A stretch of DNA of 64,000 nucleotides from Epithemia pelagica (Eukaryota; Protista; Bacillariophyta). Shown piece by piece: positions 10,953-21,627 of the stretch. Numbering within the stretch: position 1 is the stretch's first letter; every line of letters starts with the position of its first letter. Where the stretch lies: positions 496,001 to 560,000 of the forward strand of contig OX337232.1 in assembly GCA_946965045.2 (NCBI GenBank), in the 5' to 3' direction. The notes beneath the pieces were generated by a model. The model did not search any database, was not told the origin of the DNA, and saw only the letters and a program-made list of their open reading frames with translations. Position numbers and translations under genes: made by a program.

Positions 10953-11880
10953 CTAAAACTTTTCCACCCACGGTCGAACTTCAATCTCATTGGTCCAAGT
11001 CGATCGGTGTTGTTGGATCAAGGCCCAATAGGTTTTGGCAATTTCATCAGGATGCAACAAGGAATCGGCCAGTTGCGGGGTCCACGGCGCGGCTCCCACT
11101 CCAACGCCACCATCGACCGCTATCCACACGACATGAATGCCTTGAGGCTGCAGTAATATGTTATTGTTGTTTGTTGTGAGCCAATCCATACAAAAATCGT
11201 ACACATTGATGTGTGCCAGTCCATACAAATCGTAGACATCATCACCCAAGAAGAGAAAACACCGCACGCACAAAAAGACAAAAAGGTGCCAACCAAAAAC
11301 TGCTGCGTGAGAATGCGAAGGAATAGATTGTACCGGACAGTGTGGTATCGTCGACCTCTCTACGAACAGGATCCAACACACACAGACGCACACACACACG
11401 TACATGCAATTCTCGGGCCATACTTTGGGCCAATCCTCGTTGCGCAAATTTGCCCATGGCAAAGGCGGCCGATTGGGGAAAGCCCTTGACACCGGCCGAA
11501 GCACCGGTAAACAAAATGGTACCCTTGGTTTCACTTGTCGTCGTCGTCGTTTGTTGTTGCAACATGACCTTGGCGGCTTCTTGTCCAAACAAAAAGGATC
11601 CATATCCGGTTATCTCCATGGCCCGTTTCACCTGTTGGGGATCCACTTCTTGAATCGGACCCTTGATACGGAGAGATGGATTGTACAAGGCGACCGTCGG
11701 TGGACGAGGACAGGCGGCAAACAAGCCTTGGACTTGCTGTGGTTGCGTTGCATCGCACACCACACTGGTGGCCTGGAGTTCGGTCGTCAAGTCTTGAAAC
11801 TTTTCAATGTTGCGGGCACCCAAGACCAAGTCGTAGCCTTGCCGATGCAACAATCGGGCCAAGATTGGAGGAGGCGGCAA
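10953..11880 (-). pseudogene. SDR oxidoreductase copy 1, 5'-truncated
   Basis: Same 256-nt GT-AG intron (11403-11148) and exon 2 as copy 2. It lacks the ATG and the VILGVGDGLS nucleotide-binding motif, and has a QQQTTTTT insertion. Confidence 0.7.
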
Positions 11881-12383
11881 GGGTCAAGGTCAAGGGACAA
11901 TAGACAATATTATAATGTACTGCCGACTGCCGAACGAGATTGGGTCAACACGACTCCATTTCCCATTACTCTTCAATTATCATTACAATCATAAATCCGT
12001 CCGACAAAGCCCGTCGTTTTTGTGTCGGGTGTCGGGTTATGGGTTATGCATGCACTTTTACTCGGCCGTCGTCTGTGCGCCTCTTTCTACTCTTTACCTA
12101 TACATTTGTACTTTCTCCTTTAGTAATTCGCATAGCAGAGGCGAGACAATACCAGTTATCAGTACAGATAGAGGGATAGTAGAGTAAATAATAGCTACTA
12201 GCTATCCCTAATCCCTAATCCCTACTATGTCTTGACCATGTCATATAGCTTGTCCATTGTCTACGGTAGAAAGCCGTGTCTATCAGAGCGGAATTCCCAC
12301 ACAAGCACGAGACCCAAGACCAGCAACACAAGCAGAAAGGGAGGCGCCGAAAGTCATCCACTCAATTCATTGTCGCTCTCATA

Positions 12384-13148
12384 ATGTCGATTCAAACACA
12401 AATTTATCGCCCTTTCGACAAGGTCCCTTTCGACAAGGTCAGCAACCTTTCCGAAAAGGAAACAGACACCGACGACGACACGGACGATTTGAGAACGGTT
12501 CGATCGAGTACCACCTTCTGCTCCGCAACTACTGTCAAGAGAAGCAACGTATCGTACCAAACAAGGGCCGCCGCCACCACCACCACCATCATGTCCGACC
12601 AAAAATCACGCCCAGTGACCAAGTACAGTAGCCTTCAAGCATGGGCAAATTCTTTGGATTCTGGGCTTATCCACTACTTTCGCGATGGACTTGGTGATGA
12701 TGCTGTGCGGTCCTCGGTTATTGTCACAATTCAGGCGTATGTGCCAAGTCGTAAGAACAACCCGCCGGATCAAGCAGAGGTTACCGCCGCATTGAATCAA
12801 GCACTCCTGGCACGTCAGCCTCCACCGGGAGAGGTCAATCATCAAGACCAAGAAGAACAGGGCCTGTCAAGTATTGATGGTGACGACGGGACCAGCGCTG
12901 GTGATTCTGCCAGCACGTCTCAGCAGACCCACGGGTCTATCCGAACCCAAAACACCATCGGCGCAGTCAACGCGCTGGTCAGTCTTCGGGGTGTTGCAGG
13001 AAACAATCCTGGTGGACCCAATCTTGTCCAGGACGAAAAATCTCAAGAGTCAGGCGAACGGGAACAGCAACAACATGCCCGTGCTGGAAAGCGCAACAAG
13101 GAGAACAACGACAAGGACGACAAAAACAAGAAGCAGCGTGCTCTTTAG
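12384..13148 (+). CDS. Orphan family copy 4
   Basis: Open frame from ATG 12384; flanks resemble copy 3 and the core resembles copy 1. Confidence 0.7.
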   Translation: MSIQTQIYRPFDKVPFDKVSNLSEKETDTDDDTDDLRTVRSSTTFCSATTVKRSNVSYQTRAAATTTTIMSDQKSRPVTKYSSLQAWANSLDSGLIHYFRDGLGDDAVRSSVIVTIQAYVPSRKNNPPDQAEVTAALNQALLARQPPPGEVNHQDQEEQGLSSIDGDDGTSAGDSASTSQQTHGSIRTQNTIGAVNALVSLRGVAGNNPGGPNLVQDEKSQESGEREQQQHARAGKRNKENNDKDDKNKKQRAL

Positions 13149-13912
13149 AAAAACGATGAGTTTCGATCACAACAAGGATCTAGGTAGGTGGGGACGAGAA
13201 TACTCACAACATAATATTAGAACGAATAGGGATTACAGTACACCGTGATTCGGTACTGGGCTTTAGGAGTTAGGACACAGCTCATTCTCGTGTATCGTGA
13301 CATTTGGTTGAGCGATGACCACACGACACGTCCAGAAGAAAGGTTGACTCCTGCGGACGGCGAATCGACAAGTCCTTTCGTGTGGGAATAGTAGGAGCCA
13401 GCGCCGAACGTCGGTTGAGCATACAGAGTCATGAACGTTCCCAATGGATCCATTTTCAAAGTCGGTTCCCGCTCATGGCACTTGAAAAGAAGGACCACCT
13501 TGCATATTTGAACATGGATCTGCCAATTTCGATATTATTCTAGCTACCGGTAGGGAGATCTCGGGGAGACATCTGATAAAGCCCGTGTCGGTAATAATGG
13601 AAGAAGCTTCCCCAAGTTCAGAGTTGGTTGGAACATACGACGACGAAACTAGTTTCTAGTATTGTTGTGTGTCAAAAGCATGCCTTTTGTGACAACATAC
13701 AACATGCTATAGCAGACAAAATGATTTCATAAATGCAAATGGTTCTCTATTGTATGAAACGAAGAGACGATTCGGTTCGCTCGACGAAAGAATGGAGAGA
13801 GGATGACTGTCTTCTGTGGCACGCAATCTAGAACGCTGGACTCTCTGGTACCCGTCCATGTCGTCGTTGACTGCTCTGTCATCATTCTTTCTATCTCTCT
13901 TTTTCGTTTGGA

Positions 13913-14858
13913 CTAAAACTTTTCCACCCACGGTCGAACTTCAATCTCATTGGTCCAAGTCGATCGATGTTGTTGAATCAAGGCCCAATAGGTTTTGGCA
14001 ATTTCATCGGGATGCAACAAGGAATCGGCCAGTTGCGGGGTCCACGGTGCGGCTCCCACTCCAATGCCACCATCGACCGCTATCCACACGACATGAATGC
14101 CTTGAGGCTGTAGTAATGTGTTATTGTTGTTTGTTGTGAGCCAACCCATACAAAAATCGCACACAATGATGTGTGCCAGTCCATACAAATCGTAGATATC
14201 ATTACCCAAAAAGAGAAAACACCGCACGCACAAAAAGACAAAGACATGCCAACCAAAAACTGCTGCGTGAGAATGCGAAGGAAAAGTTTGTACAGGACAG
14301 TGTGGTATCGTCGACCTCTCTACGAACAGGATCCAACACACACAGACGCACACACACACGTACATGCAATTCTCGGGCCATACTTTGGGCCAATCCTCGT
14401 TGCGCAAATTTGCCCATGGCAAAGGCGGCCGATTGGGGAAAGCCCTTGACACCGGCCGAAGCACCGGTAAACAAAATGGTACCCTTGGGTTCCAACATGA
14501 CCTTGGCGGCTTCTTGTCCAAACAAAAAGGATCCATATCCGGTAATCTCCATGGCCCGTTTCATTTGTTGGGGATCCACTTCTTGAATCGGACCCTTGAC
14601 ACGGAGAGATGGATTGTACAAGGCGACCGTCGGTGGACGAGGACAGGCGGCAAACAAGCCTTGGACTTGCTGCGGTTGCGTTGCATCGCACACCACACTG
14701 GTGGCCTGGAGTTCGGTCGTCAAGTCTTGAAACTTTTCAATGTTGCGGGCGCCCAAGACCAAGTCGTAGCCTTGCCGATGCAACAATCGGGCCACCGATG
14801 CCGACAAGCCATCGCCGACACCCAAAATCACTGCCACTGGTTTGACCACCGAAACCAT
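13913..14858 (-). CDS. Short-chain dehydrogenase/reductase, SDR_c10-like (bacterial type), 2 exons (14858-14364, 14107-13913)
   Basis: VILGVGDGLS, FTGASAG, FAMGK (Phe at the catalytic Tyr position), MARELH|PQGIHV, EVRPWVEKF. Removing a 256-nt GT-AG intron restores the frame. Confidence 0.88.
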
Positions 14859-15617
14859 ACTGATGTTTCTTCTATTTCGAACAAAAACGAGTAGTAATGG
14901 GAGGTGATGATGGTTTGTCAAGGAATGAAGATTGTCCTTTTTGTGTGCTGAGGTGTGTGTTGATGCAGGAGAAAAGGTATCTTTTCCATCGTTCCAAGAC
15001 GATCGTCGAACGACCCGCGCGTCCACACCAAAGATCGCGCGAGATGGGAGAAAGATGCTATACAATACTCTCTCTATGTGGATTATTCGTCCTCCTATTA
15101 CTCATAGGAGTAGCTTTAATAGTATGAACATGTAGGCTCTGCTGAGATCCAAATAGGCAATGCCTTTTTCACCTCGACGTCTTTTCCTGCAAGCATACAG
15201 AGCGGCAGGTAGATGGATCACATGATCTTGGTACTCTTTGTGTGTCGAACTATACCAAAGCATTCAAAAACCCATGATTACGACAAAGACGATCAACAAC
15301 ACAAACTGAGCGTCGGAAACAGTACGTCGACAAATATCATGGCGTGCCTACGTTGCCATTTCCTATACTCCATAGATAATATATGCACGTCAGAAGTGTG
15401 ATTGCGAAAGTAACACTCTGTAGAACAAATATCTATATGAATGGAAACAAAACAACTGGCAATATAGTATAACATGGACGGAACATACAAAGTAGATACA
15501 GAGGAGCCTGCAGCTTGTGGCAAAAGGCAATGTCGTGTGGGATGGACGGAACGTACAAAGTAGATACAGAAGCCTCAAGCAAGAGGCAATGTCTTGTGGG
15601 CATCCTTATTGTTTGCA

Positions 15618-18600
15618 TCATACACTGGCAACATGCTTGATGGGTGTTCCGGATGGTTGTCGTTGTGGAGGCGTTTTCGTACCAGCATCCGTCCCTGGAA
15701 TGGTTTCGTCCGCATCATAAAACAAGACATGTTTGGCCTTGTTGTTGGCGCTGCCATGGTCCCCGGTCGAGAGCGCTTCCATCTTTTTGGCCACTTCCTT
15801 GGCGGCCTCAATGACTTTGCGTTCCGACGATATTTTGCTTTCCAAAAAGCTGGCTCGTGCTGCCACACTTTCATGACCCCCAGGGCTCGGATTCGTAGCA
15901 TCGTCGACACTGCTTTCTTCACTGTCGGTGCTACGGCCACTGTGTGTCCCCAGTTGTTTCACTTCGGCCAGTGACCGTAATCGATTGTCCTCGTGTTGGA
16001 CTTCCCACAGGGCCAGAAATTCACTATAACTAATCTTGCCATCCCGTGTCAAATCGGCTTCGTCAATAATGGCATCAATTTCGGATTGTGGAAATTCATC
16101 CCCCAAGAGGGATCGCAAATTGGCCTTGGAAATGTATCCCGAATCATCGGCATCAATCCGATCAAAGGCTTCGGCCAATCGCTCCTCGCTAATGGCTCCC
16201 TGTGCTTCAATCGTGGCCGCCAAGAATTCGGTATATCGAATCTTTCCCGTCCCATCCAAATCCTGTCAAGACAAAGTATATAAGGATCCACAAAACAAAG
16301 AAACAAGAGCAATAGGGAATGTACACCCAACAATAAAACCGGCATCACATACAACAAATGACACGCACAACGAGAGAGAACGCATCCGTGTGAGCATTTG
16401 GATTGAATGAACGTGGTTTCGCCACTACAAGAACGTACCACTGCATCAAAGACACTTCGATATTCGTCTTCGGAATATCCGGCATCCCGGAGGGCCGCCT
16501 TGAATTCGGCATATGACAATTGTCCGTTGCGTTCGGTATCGTAGGATTGAAAGACTTTGCGCAAAATACCAATTTCCGTCGTGGTGGATTTGTGCGCACA
16601 AATCAGCAAGGCAATCTTTTTGATTTTGGCATATTTGGAATATGCCAAAATACTTTGATTGGCCGATTCCAATTCTTCTTGATAGGGATTGCGGACCGTG
16701 GCGGTAAAGCGACGATTCAACCACGAGGCACTCAGGGCGACCGTGGCCGTGACCCGTTCCAGGGGATCGACACAGAGCAAGTCTTGGACAAAGGCCTTGG
16801 CCTGGGGACTGATCCGTTTCCATCGTCGGCCTCGCATCTCGTATTGCCCCTTCATGATTTGTTCGACAATGACGCGTCGTTTCCGCCCGTAAAAAGGCAT
16901 TTGCGACGACAAGAGCATAAAGGCAATGACACCGACCGACCACAAATCCGCCTCTTTGGAATAGGAACCTGTGGTTGTGATTGTTGTTGTTGCATCCACA
17001 GGGAATGTCCATGAATGGTCGATGAACCATGGAATGTGAATTGCAAGCCCCATGATTCGTGTGGGACAACGTCATTTGGAAAATGGAGTGTCAATCGTTT
17101 GTCCAGATGGTTGAGAGAAGTGTAATTGTGTGTGTGTGTTTTATTGGGAGGAACGAAACAGAGAAAACAAGTCAACAACCACCAACGAGATCAATGACGT
17201 GAAACAGTGCACAACGAAGCAAAGAAGAAAAAGTATAGTTGGAACGGTGAGATGCGAAATGTCCAAAAGAACGAGCATAAGGGGGTTCCCACCAAGATAT
17301 TGAACGTACCTTTGAGGACTTCGGGAGCCATGGTATATCTGCAATAAAAGGTATATGCGACGGAATCACCATGCACCACATTCCGGCACACACAAGATAC
17401 AAAAATGAACAAGTGAGAGACGGAACACAAAACAGGAAATCACACAATGGAAATCACCAAACCACGTCGTTCTCTTCATATCGAATCGTCGTTGTTGTTG
17501 TATTCGTAACGAACGGAGAGAGGATTATGGCATATTTATATATACGTACATGGTTCCGACGCCTTCGGTCATGGGTTCACTGTCCTGGCTGCCAAATTTG
17601 CGACTGAGTCCAAAATCAATCAATTTAATTTCGGCCTGTGGTGCTTGATTGACAAAGAGGATGTTTTCATACTTTAAGTCGCGGTGACTGATATTTTTGG
17701 AATGCATATAGGAAATGGCCGAGGTGATACTGGCCACAATGCGGGCCGCCTCCGCTTCGGTATAGGGATCGCGACTGTACAAGTCGCCACCGGCACACAA
17801 TTCCATGACTATAAAAATTTGATGTCGATGTTCAAAGGTTTCCAAGGCCTTGACAATGTGGGGATGGTCCAATTTTTTCAAAATGGCCACTTCATTTTTC
17901 AATTCCTCCACAAAGGTCGGATCCGTCACGCGATTCAAGTGAATGGATTTCATGGCGCAAACCATTTCGTATTTGCTGCCCGTACTGCCCGTACTACTCG
18001 TGGCACGAGCACGACTCCCATTGGCACTGTCGACCAAATTGTCATCGTAATACTCGGACGACGGCGACAATGCTGCTTGTTGTTGTTGTTGATGGGCCGC
18101 ATCGTTGTAATCTTCCACCACACCTCCGGCCGCGGCATGCAACAAACTGGTTCGACTCGATTGGGAATCGACCAAGACATTGCGATCGCTATCCGTTTCG
18201 TCTTGCGACTGTTTCCAACACGACTGTTGCCAACACTTGGCTAGGGCCGGTCCAACGAGGGGAATGTCATAACACAATTTCAATTGTTTTTCGCGTTGAA
18301 AATGGGGTTGCAAACTCTGTCGGGCCGATCCCCCAATCACTTGACTCCGTTTGCGAACCTTGGCCACACTGCCCATACTGCCCACGCCCAAGACGGACAG
18401 AACTTCGTAATAAAAGAGCGGATCGCGATCCTTTTGTTCGCGCATCAAATTGCCCCGCAATTCCTTGGCCCGATATTTCGGTGTCGTATTGGTTGTTGTT
18501 GTTGTTGTATGCAATGATGGTGGTGTAGTTGTGGTTTCGGTCGAAGTGGGATGAAAGCGAGTCCCTTGAATGGCATTGTCGTCGGGCGCAAAGCGAACAC

Positions 18601-18694
18601 CGGCCGTCGGAGAATGTGAGTGGCCATTGGACGAATTCTTATTATTTGGTGGTGTGGTAGGATCCTTCATGCTCTTCTTGTTGCTGGTGGACAT
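15618..18694 (-). CDS. Calcium-dependent protein kinase A (kinase plus 4 EF-hands), 4 exons (18694-17550, 17338-17310, 16968-16439, 16262-15618)
   Basis: [23 protein letters not shown], spliced GTIYTMAPEVLKGSY, DLWSVG. EF loops DTERNGQLSYAE, DLDGTGKIRYTE, DADDSGYISKAN, DLTRDGKISYSE. All three introns are GT-AG and in phase. Confidence 0.92.
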
Positions 18695-19120
18695 GATGAT
18701 GATGATGATTCAACGAAGGAGGATGACTCTTGTTGTGTCTTTTCAAAAAAAAAAGAACCTCTTTCTCTTTAGATTCTCTTGCCAAAAGATCTCTCGTCGT
18801 TCCCTCCGCTCTTCTATTCGACGACGACGGTGTGGTGGTTGGGGCGAACAATACGAAAAATATAGATTCTCTTTGGTTGATGCTTGGTCAGATGTTTCGT
18901 TGTATCTATGTTGGTGCGGAGTGCGGACGCGGACGCGGCTGTTGCACCGCATGTTGTACCCAGCACGCGCGCGCATCTTCCAGATCCAAGGATCCCACGG
19001 GTGTGCCCGCGCGCACCTCTCCGCGACCAGCGAAGCGGGGTCGCGGATCTCAAAAATGTCGTTGCGACATGTCTTTTCAACAAGAGAGTACAATACTGCC
19101 ACGGCGTCATCGGTCGGTCT

Positions 19121-19303
19121 TGACGTCAGTCGCGCCGGACTACAATAAGAGATAGATACGCCCGAAAATTCCAACCGTTGACGTATTCGTTGCAACTCAA
19201 ACAGATGCTGGGCATGGTCCCTGCTGTGGGAACGACTGTGCCCAAAACAGTACTAACCACACACAGCCGGACCGGCGTTCTGGAGGGAGAGAGTGAGTGA
19301 CGT
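19121..19303. promoter_or_regulatory. Cluster of three TGACGT bZIP-type cores in the divergent promoter between CDPK A and the coiled-coil gene
   Basis: TGACGTCA at 19121-19128, TGACGT at 19179-19184 and 19298-19303. Function is inferred only. Confidence 0.3.
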
Positions 19304-19800
19304 TTGGGACCGCGCAAAAGACAGCCATGTGTGTGCAGTGAGAATTTCAGAGCCAGACCATCATTCTCTCCTCTCATCGACACAATCGAATCCATTCTCT
19401 TGTGTGTGTATTGCATCAGAGAGGTGTTGCAAAAGAGAGTGGTACCATTTCCTTTTGACTCTCTCTCGTTCTTGTTTCGATTGAGTCTAGCTGGTAAGGG
19501 ATGGCGTGGAAGGGACCGAGGGTCGTCGTTGGCGGAGTGCGGATATTTTGGGGGGCCGTCCTGGATCCTTCTGTTTCTCGCACCTCGTGTTTTTCTATCC
19601 ACAGATGGGACCGTCCGTTATGAATCGTGTGATACCATCACGAATCGTTGCAAACAAGGAAGGAGTTGGTCACACCAACCGCTGGTTGCTGGCGCTTGGG
19701 AGGTACTTCTCACATTTTTCCTTCTTGCTTGTGTGTGTGTGTGCGTGTGGTTGTTTACGCAGAAAGTGAACCCTAAGTACTGCTCGTTTGGTTTGGGACC

Positions 19801-21627
19801 ATGACCGAATCAAGTACCACGATGACAGCCACAACAACAACACGACAAGAATACCACAGTGACATGGGAGCGTCCAGCCAAGCAACGTTGCGAGCAGCAC
19901 CAGCACAACAGCAACCAGAAGCTCCGTGCTTGCCGTGGTTGCCGGTGTGGCATCACCGCCTCTGGCACCCACGGCCCTCGCTGTGGGACGACGATTCCCC
20001 AAAAGTGGACAAGGACGACGAAACACCCGAATCGGATTGGTTGCAACCCGACAACAACGACGACAAGGACGAGGAGGAGAAACCTCATTTTCCGTTGGAC
20101 GATTCACTGCCGACGAGAAGGAGCCATTCCAGTCCCCCACCATCACCAAAGCAACGACCCGATCCACAAGGCAAAACTTGGAATGAGGCGGTTGCGGATT
20201 CGAAAAAAGAGGAGGAGGAGGAGGAAGAAGAGTTGCAAGCATCCCTACCATTATCAGACGACGACGACGAGTCGGACGTGAGTTGCCACCACGACGACGA
20301 GTCGAGTGGTGTGATGGAGGAACCAGTCACACCACCACCATTGGTACCCACGGATGCTGTCACACCCGACCCCGAACCGACGACGCACTCGGCCTTGTGG
20401 TTCACACTGTTGACGCACCTGCTCCACGAATCCCAACACTATCGACACCAAGTGGAGGAATTGCAACAGCAAGTCAAACAATTGCAGCAGCAACAACAAC
20501 CACGTCCACAAGACATGTGGAACGAGGAGGACCATACCATTGAATTTGTGGCCGAGGACACGAATCAGGACAACGAGAAAGAGGAGAATGACGCACAACA
20601 AGACGAAGAAGAAACAGAAGAAGCAGACGCGTGGGGCTTGTTTGAGTTTTCCGAACGACCCAGTTCCAATTCCCCGGACAAAATGGTGGCCGCATCATCA
20701 TCCTCATCCAGTTCCCGGACCAAACTCCAAGCCTTGGAGCAAGCCCTTCACTCCACACAATGGCAAGTCTCATCGTTCGAGCAAGGCCTGCAGAACCACG
20801 AGGCGCACCTGGAAACGCGATTGCAAACCGTGGTGCAAGACTTGCATGGTCAAATGGCCGACTTGCAAGTTTCCTTGTACCAACAACAAGAATTGCAAGT
20901 GCAACAATTGCAAGAACGAGGCCGCTTGGAAACGGCCATGATGCGACAAATCATGGACGAACGCGTTCAAGACTATGAAACCCAATTGCAACACGTGACC
21001 AAACAACTGGCCGACTTGCAGCAACAACAATTGTCGTTGCTGCGGCAACCGCTGGATTCCACCACGGTGCCCACGACGGTCCATACCTCATCGTCGTCGT
21101 CGCCGTCCTTGTCGCTGGCACAAACACGGACCGAAGAAGAAACGACCAGTCTCTTGGCGCTCAAACCATCGTTGGAGGAAACGCTCACGAGCAGTCCGAC
21201 ACGTCCCAGGCAACCGCAAACTGTGTTTCGCACCAAGCCTACAACCAGTACTCCCTTGGCCGAGTGGATGTCCCGGACCGAAACCAGCCCCACAACCACG
21301 ACGACGATGACGACGACCCTGTCGTTGCCCCCACCCGTTCTACTGTCCTCACCGCCCTCGAAACAAGTGTCTGTGCCACACGCTGGTCGGTCGACGACAG
21401 CTACAGACGACTTGCTGCTCCTCCACAATCGACCCTCGTTTGAAGAACGAGCCGAACGTCGCAACCAATTGCGGCGACGACGCCAAAGTGTCGAATCCTT
21501 TATGCGCGCCCAAGTCCAACACATTCGGCAACGCAATTGGGGCGATTCATCGTCGTCGATTGTGGAAAGTATGGCCGGTCATCAGTCCTTGCCCACTCTC
21601 ATGTTGCAACCGCACGAGCAGCCGTGA
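19801..21627 (+). CDS. 608-aa acidic, low-complexity, Gln-rich coiled-coil protein; the only intact member of a 6-copy family
   Basis: Uninterrupted ATG-TGA ORF with heptad segments (HYRHQVEELQQQVKQL; LETRLQTVVQDLHGQMADLQ...) and a basic C-terminal helix (RRRRQSVESFMRAQVQHIRQRNW). Confidence 0.8.
   Translation: MTESSTTMTATTTTRQEYHSDMGASSQATLRAAPAQQQPEAPCLPWLPVWHHRLWHPRPSLWDDDSPKVDKDDETPESDWLQPDNNDDKDEEEKPHFPLDDSLPTRRSHSSPPPSPKQRPDPQGKTWNEAVADSKKEEEEEEEELQASLPLSDDDDESDVSCHHDDESSGVMEEPVTPPPLVPTDAVTPDPEPTTHSALWFTLLTHLLHESQHYRHQVEELQQQVKQLQQQQQPRPQDMWNEEDHTIEFVAEDTNQDNEKEENDAQQDEEETEEADAWGLFEFSERPSSNSPDKMVAASSSSSSSRTKLQALEQALHSTQWQVSSFEQGLQNHEAHLETRLQTVVQDLHGQMADLQVSLYQQQELQVQQLQERGRLETAMMRQIMDERVQDYETQLQHVTKQLADLQQQQLSLLRQPLDSTTVPTTVHTSSSSSPSLSLAQTRTEEETTSLLALKPSLEETLTSSPTRPRQPQTVFRTKPTTSTPLAEWMSRTETSPTTTTTMTTTLSLPPPVLLSSPPSKQVSVPHAGRSTTATDDLLLLHNRPSFEERAERRNQLRRRRQSVESFMRAQVQHIRQRNWGDSSSSIVESMAGHQSLPTLMLQPHEQP

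Larger units (their letters stand above)
9345..14790. repeat. Direct tandem duplication with ~2.95-kb period (about 9345-11870 and 12297-14790): orphan gene (+) and SDR gene (-)
   Basis: Colinear high identity of the upstream region, orphan gene, 3' spacer, SDR exon 2, intron and exon 1. Similarity stops at CAACAATCGGGCC, and 11870-12290 is a unique linker. Confidence 0.9.

Noticed and set aside
12204-12224. (ATCCCTA)x3 as a true telomere or interstitial telomeric array
   Set aside because: Only three heptamers; kept only as part of the junction finding.
15470-15585. Two ~40-bp imperfect repeats about 69 bp apart downstream of CDPK A
   Set aside because: Only two diverged units, consistent with a local duplication; not CRISPR-like.
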